Assembly (NCBI GenBank): GCA_035063585.1
Contig: JAPSGB010000024.1
Location: 1-64,000 of the forward strand
DNA from: Polyangiaceae bacterium
GTDB taxonomy: Bacteria > Myxococcota_A > Polyangia > Polyangiales > Polyangiaceae
DNA: 64,000 nt
Direction: 5' to 3'
Shown here: in pieces, positions 12,942 to 23,316 of the stretch
Layout: each line of letters opens with the position of its first letter
Position numbering within the stretch: position 1 is the first letter of the stretch
The notes under the pieces: model-generated
The model's database searches: none
What the model saw: only the letters and a program-made list of their open reading frames with translations
What the model was told of the DNA's origin: nothing
Made by a program: the position numbers and the translations under genes

Positions 12942-13142
12942 TCAGCCGCCGCCCACGAAGTGCACGAGCTCGAGCTCGTCGCCCGCGGCGAGGAGCGTGG
13001 TCGAGTGCTCGGCGCGCGGCACGACCTCGCGGTTCCGCTCCACCGCGACCGGACCTCCGCCGAGGCCGAGCGCCTCGATGAGCCCGCGCACCGTGGTGCC
13101 GTCGGGGAGCTCGCGCGCTTCTCCGTTCACCGTGATGGTCAC
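12942..13142 (-). CDS. thiS: Sulfur carrier protein ThiS
   Basis: 66 aa: ITVNGE...[12 protein letters not shown]...[13 protein letters not shown] with C-terminal GG. GTG start. Confidence 0.92.
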   Translation of the reverse strand: MTITVNGEARELPDGTTVRGLIEALGLGGGPVAVERNREVVPRAEHSTTLLAAGDELELVHFVGGG

Positions 13143-13408
13143 GCCGGGAAGCCTACCCGGTCTTTCGGGCGGCGGCAGGCTCGCGCCGCAGGGGGGCGCC
13201 AAGTGTTCGGGTTTGTTATTGGTTCCGGCGCGGAACCGCGGCCGTCGGCGCGCTCGGCGCCGGCCCGCTCCGCGCGCCGGGCGGTCCCGCGCCGGACCGA
13301 CCATCCCCCGAGCAAGTACCTGAACGGAAGGCCGGGGGCCCGAGCGGCGTTGACGCGAGTGAGGACCGAGTTTTGCCGCCGCAGGTGGAAGCCCGGTAGC
13401 ATCGAGTC

Positions 13409-14845
13409 GTGCGTCGCGATGGGATCCTTCTTTCGAGCGTGTCTCTCGGCGTCGCCGCGGTGACGGCCGTCGCGACCTGGCAGTACCACCGGTGGCTGCC
13501 GAGCGGGCGAGCACTGCCGGGGACCATCGTCGCGGGGCGAGTCGCGCCCGCCGGCGCCGGGCTCGGCGAGCTCCTCGAGGCGCGGCGCGAGCGCCTCCTC
13601 GACCGCGAGGCGTACCTCACCCTGGAGGATGGCTCGAACATCCGGGTGAGCTTCGGGGAGCTGGGCGTCGAGCTCGACGTCGCGCGGACCATGGCGAGCG
13701 CCCTCGCCCGCGCCGAGTCAGGCTCGCTCGGCGCGCGGCTGCGCCGCGCGTGGGTCGCCCGCGCCGGCGGCGAGGAGATCGAGGCGGTGTGGGCGCTCGA
13801 CGCGAGCCGAGCGCGAGCGACCCTGAAGCTCATCGCGCCGCGGGTCTACCGCGACCCCGTCGACGCGCGGCTCGATCTCGATCGACGCGAGCGCATCGAG
13901 GACGTCCCGGGACGTGAGCTCGACGTGGAGGGCACGCTCGAGAACCTCGCGCGGGCCGGCCGCGAAGAGACCGCCCTCATCGCCGTCGCGACGCGCGCGG
14001 TGCCCGCGCAGGTGACCTCGGCGATGATCGCGGCGATCGACGTGTCGCAGGTGCTCGCCAGCTACGAGAGCGATTTCTCGCGCCACAGCGAGGGCCGTGA
14101 CCGCAACATCGCGGTGGCGGCGCATTACCTCGACGGCACCGTGCTCGCGCCGGGGCAGACCATGAGCTTCAACCAGGTGGTGGGGCCGCGCAAGCTCGAG
14201 CGCGGGTTCACCTGGGCGCCGGTGATCGTCGACGACGAGCTCGAGAGCGGCGTGGGAGGCGGGACCTGTCAGGTGTCCTCGACCCTGCACGCGGCCGCGC
14301 TCTACGGCGGGCTTCAGATCGTCTCGCGGCGGAGCCACAGCCGGCCGAGCGGCTACGTGCCGCTCGGGCTCGACGCGACCGTCGTGTATCCCGAGGTCGA
14401 CCTCAAGCTGCGAAACCCCTACGACTCGCCGCTCATCATCCACGCCTTCGTGCCGCGCAAGCAGATCCTCCGCGTGGAGCTGCTCGGCCGACCGGAGCTC
14501 GGGAAGGTGAGCTACACCTACGGCGTCGCGCGCACCCACGACTTCTACCGGCGCGTGACCACCAAATCATGGCTCGGCAGCCGCATCCTCAAGCGGCAGC
14601 GCGGACACAAGGGCTACGACGTGTTCAGCGTGGTTCGCTACGAGCTCACCGATGGCACGACCCGGACGGTCAACTACCCGAGCAAGTACTTCCCGGTCCC
14701 CGAGGTGTTCTGGGTCGGCCCCGCGTTCGATCCGTTCGCTCTGCCCGACATGCCGGCGGGAGCCGAGGACGTCGTGGTGGACGGCAAGCGCGTAGGCGAC
14801 TCGACCGCCGCGCTCTCGGCGCCCGGCGACCAGCGAGGTGGCTGA
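13409..14845 (+). CDS. VanW family protein with putative peptidoglycan-binding region
   Basis: Motifs [57 protein letters not shown] and DLKLRN; N-terminal membrane anchor. Confidence 0.9.
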   Translation: MRRDGILLSSVSLGVAAVTAVATWQYHRWLPSGRALPGTIVAGRVAPAGAGLGELLEARRERLLDREAYLTLEDGSNIRVSFGELGVELDVARTMASALARAESGSLGARLRRAWVARAGGEEIEAVWALDASRARATLKLIAPRVYRDPVDARLDLDRRERIEDVPGRELDVEGTLENLARAGREETALIAVATRAVPAQVTSAMIAAIDVSQVLASYESDFSRHSEGRDRNIAVAAHYLDGTVLAPGQTMSFNQVVGPRKLERGFTWAPVIVDDELESGVGGGTCQVSSTLHAAALYGGLQIVSRRSHSRPSGYVPLGLDATVVYPEVDLKLRNPYDSPLIIHAFVPRKQILRVELLGRPELGKVSYTYGVARTHDFYRRVTTKSWLGSRILKRQRGHKGYDVFSVVRYELTDGTTRTVNYPSKYFPVPEVFWVGPAFDPFALPDMPAGAEDVVVDGKRVGDSTAALSAPGDQRGG

Positions 14846-16733
14846 GCCGCGCGCGCCGGCAGCCGGCGCTTCACTTGCTCCTCGCGAGGTTCGCGCTAGA
14901 GCGGGAGCCGTGACGGGTCGCTGCGCGGTAGCGGCGGCAGCGCTCATCTTGGTGCTGCCGAGCTGCAAATCGAAGGGCAAATCCCCGGCCCCCTCCGCCT
15001 CGGCCTCGGCCGAGCGCGCGAGCGCGGCGCCGCTCTCGAGCCTGGTGGTGGACCACGGCGAGCTCGACACGCGCGCGCCCGAGGACGCGCCGATGCTCGC
15101 CGCGACCGTGATCGCGGCGACGGTCTACAAGCTGCCGAACGTCGACTCGCGAAAGCTCGGCTACGTGCGCCTCGGCGGCACCGTGCGCCGTGACCGTGAG
15201 CCGGTGAAGGGCGCGGGCTGCAAGGGGAGCTTCTACCACGTCTACCCGATGGGCTTCATGTGCACGGACGAGGCGACCATCGATCTCGAGTCGCCGATCG
15301 TGCGTGCGGCGAGCGTCCGCGCCGATCTGTCGAAGCCGATGCCGTATCACTACGGCTTCGTGCGCGCGACCGCGCCCCAGTATCTCCGCGTCCCGACCAA
15401 GGCGGAGCAGGAGCGGAGCGAGTTCCAGCTCGAGGAGCACATCGCTTGGTATGCCGAGCACAAGGCGGAGGTGCAGCGCGTCGAGCTCGGCGCCAACGAC
15501 GTCCCGCTCGACGCGCGCGGGCTCGCGGCGCCGGGCCTCGCGGCGCCCGCCGGGTTCAAGCCGAGCACCGAGCTCAGCCTGAACCAGCTCTTCGGCGGTC
15601 GCACCCCGGACGACCCGATCCCGTGGTGGCTCGAGGGGGGGCGCAAGATCGCGAACGTGAGTGGCTTCAACGTCCCCGAGTACGCGGTGTTCGCCGATCG
15701 CGTCCGGCGCAAGACCGGGCTCTCCTTCGTCGGCGCCTTCGACACCGAGGAGGGCGGGCTCGAGCGGCGCTTCGGGATAACGGTGGACCTTCGCCTCATC
15801 CCGATCAGCAAGGTGAAGCCGGACTCGGCCTCTCCATTTCACGGGGTCGAGCTCTCGCCGGCGGTCCCCATGCCGTTCTGCTGGGTGATCAAGAGCGACG
15901 TCACCACCTGGAAGCTCATCCGCGGCAAGGACCAGGCGAGGGCAGCCGAGGCGGTGCCGAAGCGCGCCATCGTCCCGCTCTCGGGCAAGGCCAGGATCAA
16001 GGCGGGCAAGCGCTTCTACCAGACGCTCAAGGACAAGACGCGCTGGCTGCAGGCGGACGACATCGGCATCGTCGCGCGCCCCGAGACCATGCCCGCGGTG
16101 GCGGCCAAGGGGGAGAAGTGGATAGATCTCTCGCTCCGCCAGCAGACACTCGTGCTCTACGAGGGAACCCGCCCGTGGTACGCGACCCTGGTGTCGACCG
16201 GGCGCGACCGGCTGGGGGATCCGAAGACGCAGCTCGCGACGCCGCAGGGCACCTTCCAGCTGAAGAGCAAGCACATCGCGGCGGTCATGGACTCCAACGA
16301 GAACTCGACGGTGGCGGGCGGGACGCGCGCGGGGTCGTCTCGCCGCCTGAGCGCAGACGATCACGCGACGACCGCACGGCTCCTCGAGGCCGAGAAGAAG
16401 GGTGTGAAGCTCGACTCCGACGATCAGCGCCGCCTCGCCAACATCAAGAAGGGCCGCCCCCCCGAGTATGGCGTGACCCAGCGCCGCGGCTCGGTGAACT
16501 TCGAGCTGCGCGACGTCCCGTGGATCCAGTACTTCGCGGCCGGGTACGCGCTCCACGGCGCGTACTGGCACGACGTGTTCGGGCTCCCGCGCAGCCACGG
16601 CTGCATCAACCTCGCGCCGATCGACGCGCGGCTCGTCTTCCAGTGGACCGATCCCCCGGTGCCAGGCGGCTGGCACGGCGTGAACATCGGGACGGACATG
16701 GGCGAGGGGACCACGATCGTCATCCACGAGTAG
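14838..16733 (+). CDS. L,D-transpeptidase (YkuD family) lipoprotein
   Basis: Lipobox-like LVLPSC; WIDLSL..QTLVLYEG, VSTG, TPQGTF and catalytic HGAYWH...SHGCINL. Confidence 0.9.
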   Translation: MAEPRAPAAGASLAPREVRARAGAVTGRCAVAAAALILVLPSCKSKGKSPAPSASASAERASAAPLSSLVVDHGELDTRAPEDAPMLAATVIAATVYKLPNVDSRKLGYVRLGGTVRRDREPVKGAGCKGSFYHVYPMGFMCTDEATIDLESPIVRAASVRADLSKPMPYHYGFVRATAPQYLRVPTKAEQERSEFQLEEHIAWYAEHKAEVQRVELGANDVPLDARGLAAPGLAAPAGFKPSTELSLNQLFGGRTPDDPIPWWLEGGRKIANVSGFNVPEYAVFADRVRRKTGLSFVGAFDTEEGGLERRFGITVDLRLIPISKVKPDSASPFHGVELSPAVPMPFCWVIKSDVTTWKLIRGKDQARAAEAVPKRAIVPLSGKARIKAGKRFYQTLKDKTRWLQADDIGIVARPETMPAVAAKGEKWIDLSLRQQTLVLYEGTRPWYATLVSTGRDRLGDPKTQLATPQGTFQLKSKHIAAVMDSNENSTVAGGTRAGSSRRLSADDHATTARLLEAEKKGVKLDSDDQRRLANIKKGRPPEYGVTQRRGSVNFELRDVPWIQYFAAGYALHGAYWHDVFGLPRSHGCINLAPIDARLVFQWTDPPVPGGWHGVNIGTDMGEGTTIVIHE

Positions 16734-16781
16734 CCGCCGCGCGGCGCGGCGTCCTCGGCGCCGCGTGCTAGAACGCCGCCG

Positions 16782-18125
16782 ATGGGCGTCCTGCGCTTCC
16801 GCCTCTTCGGCTTTCCGGTGGAGATCCAGCCGGGGTTCTGGCTCCTCGCCGCGTTCCTCGGCATGGACATCGCGAAATCGGTGCCCGAGTTCGCGGTGTG
16901 GGTGACCATCGTGCTCGCGAGCTTCCTCGGTCACGAGCTCGGTCACGCGATAGTCGCCCGTCGCTTCGGGCAAGCGCCCCGGATCGCGCTCTACATGATG
17001 GGTGGGGTGACCGCGTGGAGCCCGACCCGAGAGCTCGGCCGCGGCCGGCGCATCCTGGTGACGCTCGCCGGGCCGTTCGCAGGGTTCCTGCTCGCCGCGG
17101 TCGCAGGCGCGGGCGTGCTCGCGGTAAGTCACCTCGGGATCGACTCCCGGCTCGCGGCCTTCGCGCTCCGCTGGACGCTCCTCGCGAACCTGTTCTGGAG
17201 CACCTTGAACCTCGCTCCCGTGCTGCCGTTCGACGGCGGGCAGGTGATGGCCGCCGCGCTCGGGCCGAAGCGGGTGAAGCTCGCCGCGTCCCTCTCGCTG
17301 GTGTTCGGGCTCGGGCTGGCGGCGATCCTGTGGGCGCGTTACGGCTCGGTGTTCGGCGCGGCGGTGTTCGCCTTCGGCGCGGTGTCGAGCTACCTGGCGA
17401 TGCAGCGCACCCAGGCGCCCGCGCCGCCGCCGCCCGAAGTGCTCGAGAGCGTGCTCGCGCAGGCGCGCGGGGCGCTCGACGCGGGCCAGCACGCACAGGC
17501 CGCCGCGATGGCGCGCGCGGTGCTCGCGGCCACCGCCGACGCGGCGATCGCCCACCGCGCCGGCGAGCTCATCGTGTGGGCTGCGCTGGGCAGCGGAGAC
17601 GTGGCTGCGGCGCGCGCCGCGCTCGGCGACGCGCGCGCGCCGGTCGATCCGCTGCTCGAGGGCGCCGTGCGAGAAGCCGACGGCGAGCTCGAGCGCGCGA
17701 TCGGCGTCCTCGCCCGCGCGCACGACGCGGGGGACGCCCGCCCGGAGCTCGGCGCGCTGCTCGTGAAGGTGCTGCTCGCGCGCAAGAGCTTCGAAGAGGC
17801 CGGGCGGGTCGCGCTCAAGCTGGTGGGGCAGGTCCCGGAGGGTGAGCTCCGCGAGGTAGCGGCGCAGGCGCTCGCGGGCGGCGCGCCGCGGCGCGCCGCG
17901 CGGCTCTGGGAGGCGCTGTTCGAGCGCGAGCGCCAGGCAGGGGACGCCTGGGACGCCGCTCGCGCGTTCAGCCGCGCGGGTGAGCCTGAGCGCGCCATCG
18001 AGGCGCTGGCGAGCGCGATCGGCGGAGGCGCGCCCGCCGACCGCGTCCGCGAGGACCCCGATCTCTCGAGGCTCGCTCACGATCCGCGCTTCGAGCACGC
18101 GCTGCGCGGCGACGCCCTCGGCTGA
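16782..18125 (+). CDS. M50 family (site-2) metalloprotease with C-terminal TPR-like region
   Basis: Motifs HELGH, LAGP and NLAPVLPFDGG; TM helices; C-terminal helical repeats ending REDPDLSRL. Confidence 0.9.
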   Translation: MGVLRFRLFGFPVEIQPGFWLLAAFLGMDIAKSVPEFAVWVTIVLASFLGHELGHAIVARRFGQAPRIALYMMGGVTAWSPTRELGRGRRILVTLAGPFAGFLLAAVAGAGVLAVSHLGIDSRLAAFALRWTLLANLFWSTLNLAPVLPFDGGQVMAAALGPKRVKLAASLSLVFGLGLAAILWARYGSVFGAAVFAFGAVSSYLAMQRTQAPAPPPPEVLESVLAQARGALDAGQHAQAAAMARAVLAATADAAIAHRAGELIVWAALGSGDVAAARAALGDARAPVDPLLEGAVREADGELERAIGVLARAHDAGDARPELGALLVKVLLARKSFEEAGRVALKLVGQVPEGELREVAAQALAGGAPRRAARLWEALFERERQAGDAWDAARAFSRAGEPERAIEALASAIGGGAPADRVREDPDLSRLAHDPRFEHALRGDALG

Positions 18126-18283
18126 GCCTTTGGCGGCTCGCCGGCGCATCGAGCGGCCGGCGCTTCACTCGGCGGCTCGGTACGCTTGGTGCATCGGGTC
18201 CGAGCATGACGCCCTCGCCGGCGAGTAAGTTGCGCACTCCACCCCAGCCGGCGCACCATGAGGCGCATGTGGGGAAACGTAGG

Positions 18284-19225
18284 ATGAGTCGCTCGACCGC
18301 TGCGGCATTTCTCGGCAGTTTCGCGGTCCTCGCGGTGGTCGCCGTGAGCCTCGAGGCCGGTAAGCGGCCGAGCACGCGGGTCGCCGCGGGCGGCGCGGAG
18401 CGCGCGCCTGCGGTGGCGGCGCCCGCCGAGCCCGACCGTCACACCGCCGTATCGCCAGCGTCCGGCGTAACGAGCGTCGAGGAGCCAGCGCCGGGCTACG
18501 ACACGGCGATCAGCCCCGCGCCCCCCCCGGGCGCGGCCCCGGCGACCGGCTCCACCTGCCCGAAGGACATGGTGCTCGTCGAGGGCGAGTACTGCACCGA
18601 GGTCCGCCAGGACTGCAAGACCTGGCTCGACGACTCGAAGCTGCCCTTCGCGCGCTGCGCCGTGTACGAGCAGCCGTCGCGCTGCGTCGGCAAGCGCGTG
18701 CCCCTCCGCTACTGCATCGACGCCCGCGAGTACACGCGGCCCGGCGAGAGCCGCCCCATGAATTACTCGAGTTTCGTCACCAGCTCGAAGACCTGCAAGG
18801 AGCTCGGGAAACGCATCTGCACCGAGAGCGAGTGGAACTTCGCCTGCGAAGGCGAGGAGATGCGACCGTACCCTTACGGCTTCGAGCGCGAGCCGAAGTG
18901 TAACCAGGATCAGCCGGATCTCTACGAGACGAACCGCCGGCGACAGGTCTTGAAGGATCTGCGCCAGCCCTCGGGCTCGAACCCGGAGTGCAAGAGCCCG
19001 TTCGGCGTCTACGACATGGTCGGCAACATGGACGAGCCGGTCCTGCGCGAGGAGGCCCGCTACGCGACGCCGTTCCGCAACGGCCTGAAGGGCGGCTGGT
19101 GGCTGAGCGGTCGCAACCGTTGTCGCCCCGCCACCACCGCGCACGACGACTACTACAGCGACATCCAGGTGGGCGTTCGCTGCTGCGCCGATCTTCCCGG
19201 CTCGCCCTCGGGCGCCTCGGGCTGA
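18284..19225 (+). CDS. SUMF1/FGE-sulfatase (CLec-fold) domain exported protein
   Basis: Motifs CPKDMVLVEG, CIDAREY, KRICTESEWNFAC, SPFGVYDMVGN, KGGWW and GVRCC. Confidence 0.85.
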   Translation: MSRSTAAAFLGSFAVLAVVAVSLEAGKRPSTRVAAGGAERAPAVAAPAEPDRHTAVSPASGVTSVEEPAPGYDTAISPAPPPGAAPATGSTCPKDMVLVEGEYCTEVRQDCKTWLDDSKLPFARCAVYEQPSRCVGKRVPLRYCIDAREYTRPGESRPMNYSSFVTSSKTCKELGKRICTESEWNFACEGEEMRPYPYGFEREPKCNQDQPDLYETNRRRQVLKDLRQPSGSNPECKSPFGVYDMVGNMDEPVLREEARYATPFRNGLKGGWWLSGRNRCRPATTAHDDYYSDIQVGVRCCADLPGSPSGASG

Positions 19226-19569
19226 GCGCCCCGCGAGCCGAGCGTCACGCCTGGGCCGAGCCGAGGAGCCGAGGCGGGTTCGGCGCGGCCGGCGGCGCGG
19301 GCGGGCGCGCGGCTTCGGAGCCGGCGCGGCCGCGGCGTCGCTGCTCACCGCCGCGCGGAGCGACGCACCTCACGGCCGCGGCCCGCTCCGCTCGACTCGC
19401 GCGTCGCGCAGCGCAAGCTCATGGAACACCTCGGATGATAATTCGTAACAAGTGGAACTGACTCGTCATTTTCATGGTGCGACATTTTCTGCAGCGACTT
19501 GCAGGGGCGCAAAGTTCGCGTGGCCGGCGGTTTTGACTTGCGCGGAGCCGGGTTCCCCAGAAAAGTCGC

Positions 19570-20421
19570 GTGGTGCGTGCCGTCCGTGCAGCCGCTTACG
19601 CGGTGGTGAGTATATCCCTGCTCACCGCTTGCGGCAGAGCCACCGGGTCGAGCGCGGCGCCCGCGCCGGCAGCAGAGCCCACGGTCACGCTGGCGGCCGC
19701 CCCGGCCGCGGCCCTCGTGAACGTCGCATCGACCGCGCTCGTGGAGGAGGCGCCGGCGGCGCCGAGCGCCTGCCCCGACGGCATGCTCTTGGTCGAGGGC
19801 GACTACTGCCCGAACGTGCAACTGAACTGCCGGCGCTACCTGGACGCGCCGGGCGGTCGGTTCTCGGAATTCCGCTGCGCGGAGTATGCCCCCAGCACCT
19901 GCCGCTCGAAGGAGCGGGTCCATAAGCGCTTCTGCATCGACCAGTACGAGTACCGCGCGTCCGGGAGCACGCTCCCCGAGAACCACCAGAGCTGGACCAT
20001 GGCGGACAAGACCTGCCGCGGGCTCGGCAAGCGCACCTGCTGGGAGAGCGAGTACAATTTCGCGTGCGAGGGCGAGGAGCTCCGCCCCTATCCCTACGGG
20101 TTCGACCGCGACGCGACCGCCTGCAACGCCGACCACACGGACGTGGTGGACGCGACGGGCAAGCTCAAGGACATGCGCGCGGCGCCGGGCGAGTACCCGC
20201 GCTGCGCGAGCCCCTTCGGGGTGATGGACCTCGCCGGCAACCTGGAGGAGTTCGTCAGCATCGACGGCTCCACGCCGGTGCGGCCGGCGATGAAGGGCGC
20301 CTACTGGCAGCCGAGCCGGAACTTCTGCCGCGCCGCCCAGACGGCGCACGACCGCTACTACAACGGCACCGAGACGGGCTTCAGGTGCTGCTCGGATCCG
20401 GCCGACGCGCGCGCCGACTGA
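19570..20421 (+). CDS. SUMF1/FGE-sulfatase (CLec-fold) domain lipoprotein, paralogue of the upstream gene
   Basis: Lipobox LLTAC; motifs CPDGMLLVEG, CIDQYEY, SPFGVMDLAGN and GFRCC. Confidence 0.85.
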   Translation: MVRAVRAAAYAVVSISLLTACGRATGSSAAPAPAAEPTVTLAAAPAAALVNVASTALVEEAPAAPSACPDGMLLVEGDYCPNVQLNCRRYLDAPGGRFSEFRCAEYAPSTCRSKERVHKRFCIDQYEYRASGSTLPENHQSWTMADKTCRGLGKRTCWESEYNFACEGEELRPYPYGFDRDATACNADHTDVVDATGKLKDMRAAPGEYPRCASPFGVMDLAGNLEEFVSIDGSTPVRPAMKGAYWQPSRNFCRAAQTAHDRYYNGTETGFRCCSDPADARAD

Positions 20422-20442
20422 GCGATCGGCGCGCCCGGGCGC

Positions 20443-21492
20443 TCAGGGGTACGCGCCCGGCTCCGCGAGGGCCGTGCGCTCGTCGAGCCCGAGCATGAGG
20501 TTCATGTTCTGGAGCGCCTGACCCGCGCCTCCCTTCACGAGGTTGTCGAGCGCCGAGAAGCAGGTGACGAGCCGCGTGTCGCCGTCCGCCGGGCCGAGCA
20601 CGAAGCCGATCTCCGCGTAGTTCGAGCCGGCGACCGCCACCACCTCGGGCAGGCGCGCCTTCGGGAACCGGACGAAGGGCTCGCCGTCGGCGAGCGCGTG
20701 GAACGCGACCCCGAGCTCCTCCTCCGTCGTTCGCGCGGGCACTCGCGCGAAGGAGGTCGCGAAGATGCCGCGCGTGAGCGGCGCGCTCACCGGCACGAAC
20801 GAGAGCTCGAGCCCTACCGCGCCAGCGGCGTTCAGGGTGTCCTCGATTTCGGGCGCGTGCTGGTGCGAGAGCGGGCGGTAGGCGCGAAGGTTATGGGCGC
20901 GCGTCGGGTGATGGGTGGTCACGGTCGGCGTCACGCCGGCGCCGCTCGAGCCCGTGATGCCCACCGTCTCCACGCGGCCCCGGAGCAGCCCCGCCCGCGC
21001 GAGCGGCAAGAGACCGAGCTCGATGGTGGTGGCGAAGCAACCCGGCGAGGCGAGGTAGCGAGCGCCGCGGATCCGCTCGCGGTTGAGCTCGGGCAACCCG
21101 TAGACGAACCGCTCGAGCAGATCCGGGCGCGGGTGCTTGCCGCCGTAGAACTGCTCGTAGGCGCTCGAGCGCTTGAGGCGAAATGCGCCGCTCATGTCGA
21201 TGATGCGCGTCTCGCCGTCGAGCACCGCCTGGACCAGCTCCGCGCTCGCCTGGTGCGGGAGCCCCATGAGCACCACGTCGACGCCCGCGGCCGCGCGCTC
21301 GGGCGGCAGGTTCTCGAAGGTGAGCTCGGTGAGCCCCTCGAGGTGAGGGTGCGCCGCCGCGAGCGGCTCTCCCACGTGATCTGCGGCGCAGACGCGCACC
21401 AGCTCGACGTCCGGATGAAAGAGCAGCCGACGGACGAGCTCGGCACCCGCGAACCCCGAGCCCCCGACCACCGCTGCGGTAAAACGCTTCAC
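20443..21492 (-). CDS. argC: N-acetyl-gamma-glutamyl-phosphate reductase
   Basis: Motifs VGGSGFAG, IIDMSGAFRL, VYGLPEL, ASPGCFAT, GSSGAG and DNLVKGGAGQALQNMN. Confidence 0.92.
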   Translation of the reverse strand: MKRFTAAVVGGSGFAGAELVRRLLFHPDVELVRVCAADHVGEPLAAAHPHLEGLTELTFENLPPERAAAGVDVVLMGLPHQASAELVQAVLDGETRIIDMSGAFRLKRSSAYEQFYGGKHPRPDLLERFVYGLPELNRERIRGARYLASPGCFATTIELGLLPLARAGLLRGRVETVGITGSSGAGVTPTVTTHHPTRAHNLRAYRPLSHQHAPEIEDTLNAAGAVGLELSFVPVSAPLTRGIFATSFARVPARTTEEELGVAFHALADGEPFVRFPKARLPEVVAVAGSNYAEIGFVLGPADGDTRLVTCFSALDNLVKGGAGQALQNMNLMLGLDERTALAEPGAYP

Positions 21493-21582
21493 GCCGTGTC
21501 TTCTAATACCCGCGACTCACGGCGCAACCGCTCCCGGCCGCCGGCCGCGCCGGACCGACGCAGCCTCGCGGACGGCGCGGGC

Positions 21583-23316
21583 TCAGTTCGCCTCTTCGCC
21601 CGAGAGACGGATCGGGATCCAGAGCGTGCGCATCTTCACGAGATCGCCGCGGCGCGTGTAGCCGGCGAGGCCGTAGAGCACGTTCCACCAGTGCCCGTCG
21701 GGCGTCTCGCCGTACGAGAAGACGGGGAAGACGTGCACCTCCCAGTCGAGCCCGCCCTTCACCTTCTTCTCGCGATAATAGACGTTGCCGACGAGCTGGT
21801 TCACGCTGCGCCGATCGCTGAAGCGCCAGAACACCGGGAAGCCGACCGTCGCGCGCTCCTCGCGGCCCACGAAGTCCCAGAAGAAGGGCGCCACCACGGT
21901 GTGCGACTGATAGCCGTTCCGGCCGAGGTAGACGATGGGGTGGATGTTGGTCTGCCAGCCGCGCAGATCGGTGGTGTGCTGGAAGAACGGGGTGATGAAG
22001 GTCGTCTCGCTGATGCCGTAGCGCTCGAAATGCCCCCAGAAGGGGAAGAACGCCTGGTTCGACTCGCGCGGGCTGGTGCGCGAGTAGAGGAACGGGAAGA
22101 GGAGCTTCTGATCGAGCCCGATGTCGGGATCACGGTAGTGCCAGTAAAAGGGCGTGATCATGTCGAGCTCGGTGCGACCGCGGTAGCGCGCGTAGCCCCA
22201 GGTCACGAAGGAGCGCTCGCCGTGCTCGCCGCGCGCCATGAGGAAGAGCGGGTTCGCGAAGAGCCAGGAGTCGTCCTTGTAGCCGTAATGGAAGAGCGGG
22301 AAGACGGTCGTGTGGCGCTCGTTCTTGCCCCAGACGCTCCAGTAGATGGGCATCACGTGGAGCATGTCGCGCTTCTGCGTGTGCCCGCGGTACACCGGGC
22401 CCCACACGTTCGTGTACGAGAGATCGCGGTCGTCGTAGCGGTAGTAGTGGAGGAGCGGCGGGATGAGCTCGTATTTCGTCTGCTCGTTCTGCCCGTAGAA
22501 GTAGAAGGGCGCGACGCCGAGATCGATGTCCTCCGCGGTGCGCGCGTCGCAGCGTGAGCCGCCCTTCCACGAGCAGAACGCCGGGCCGACGAGGTTGAAG
22601 CCGCCCGCCGCGTCCGTGCGCGTGTACGTGAGGAGCGGCGGGATCAGCGTGTAGCCGCCGTCCTTGCGCTTCCCCGTGAAGTAGAGCGGCGCGAGCCAGT
22701 TGTCGTGCTCGCCGGGCGCGACGCGGTTCACGAGCGGGCCGACGATGGTGGTGCGGGTTTCTTCGGCCGGGTTCCTGAGGTTCCAGAAGAGCGGGAAGAG
22801 GACGTCGTCGGCGTGGGTCGGGCTCCGCCGGTTGTAATAGAGCCCGCCGAAGAGCGAGGCGCGGTCCGTCTGGGTCGGATCCGAGAGCGCCGGCATCTGC
22901 CGCTCGGCCCAGACCGGGAACGCGATGCGCAGGCGATAGCGGCCGCTCGTCTCCTCGTAATACGGGCCGTAGAAGCGGCGCACGGTGCTCGCGGCGCGCC
23001 CCTGCGCCTCGTCGTCCGGGGAGACGTCGGTGCCGATGCGCTTGCGCGTGTGCTCGTCGATCGCGGTCGGATCGGCGGGGAGCGAGGGCTCGTTCCCGGC
23101 CGGCACCACGCTCTCGCCGGCACCGGAGGCGGCGTGGAGCTCGGGCGCGCCGGGCGGCGGTTTGCCTCCGCCCGAGCTCCCGCCCCCGGTGGGCGGCGAG
23201 GGCTCGATGGGCTGCACGCCCGGGCCGAGCGGGTCCTGCGCGAGGGCAGGCGCCGCGAGCGCGAGGAGCGCGAGCACCGCCGCGACTCCGCCGAAGATTC
23301 GGGCGCGGCGCTTCAA
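21583..23316 (-). CDS. Exported hypothetical protein with about 20 aromatic-rich Pro-containing repeats
   Basis: Signal peptide ending ALA-Q, then recurrent hhPhF/W/Y units. Its start overlaps the hisS stop. Confidence 0.8.
   Translation of the reverse strand: MKRRARIFGGVAAVLALLALAAPALAQDPLGPGVQPIEPSPPTGGGSSGGGKPPPGAPELHAASGAGESVVPAGNEPSLPADPTAIDEHTRKRIGTDVSPDDEAQGRAASTVRRFYGPYYEETSGRYRLRIAFPVWAERQMPALSDPTQTDRASLFGGLYYNRRSPTHADDVLFPLFWNLRNPAEETRTTIVGPLVNRVAPGEHDNWLAPLYFTGKRKDGGYTLIPPLLTYTRTDAAGGFNLVGPAFCSWKGGSRCDARTAEDIDLGVAPFYFYGQNEQTKYELIPPLLHYYRYDDRDLSYTNVWGPVYRGHTQKRDMLHVMPIYWSVWGKNERHTTVFPLFHYGYKDDSWLFANPLFLMARGEHGERSFVTWGYARYRGRTELDMITPFYWHYRDPDIGLDQKLLFPFLYSRTSPRESNQAFFPFWGHFERYGISETTFITPFFQHTTDLRGWQTNIHPIVYLGRNGYQSHTVVAPFFWDFVGREERATVGFPVFWRFSDRRSVNQLVGNVYYREKKVKGGLDWEVHVFPVFSYGETPDGHWWNVLYGLAGYTRRGDLVKMRTLWIPIRLSGEEAN

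Noticed and set aside
13143..13408. TPP riboswitch upstream of thiS
   Set aside because: I could not find the conserved CTGAGA or CCTGA-N-ATAATGCCAGCG-type elements on the minus strand.
14871..18149. Very long antisense or alternative-frame ORFs (e.g. 14871-18149, 38995-41700, 48520-51396, 55721-57754)
   Set aside because: These are shadow ORFs caused by stop-codon scarcity at high GC. They are Arg/Ala/Gly-rich, have no recognisable motifs and overlap well-supported genes.
18284..20421. Diversity-generating retroelement targeting the CLec/FGE-fold genes
   Set aside because: No reverse transcriptase is present, and I saw no near-identical template repeat differing only at adenines.
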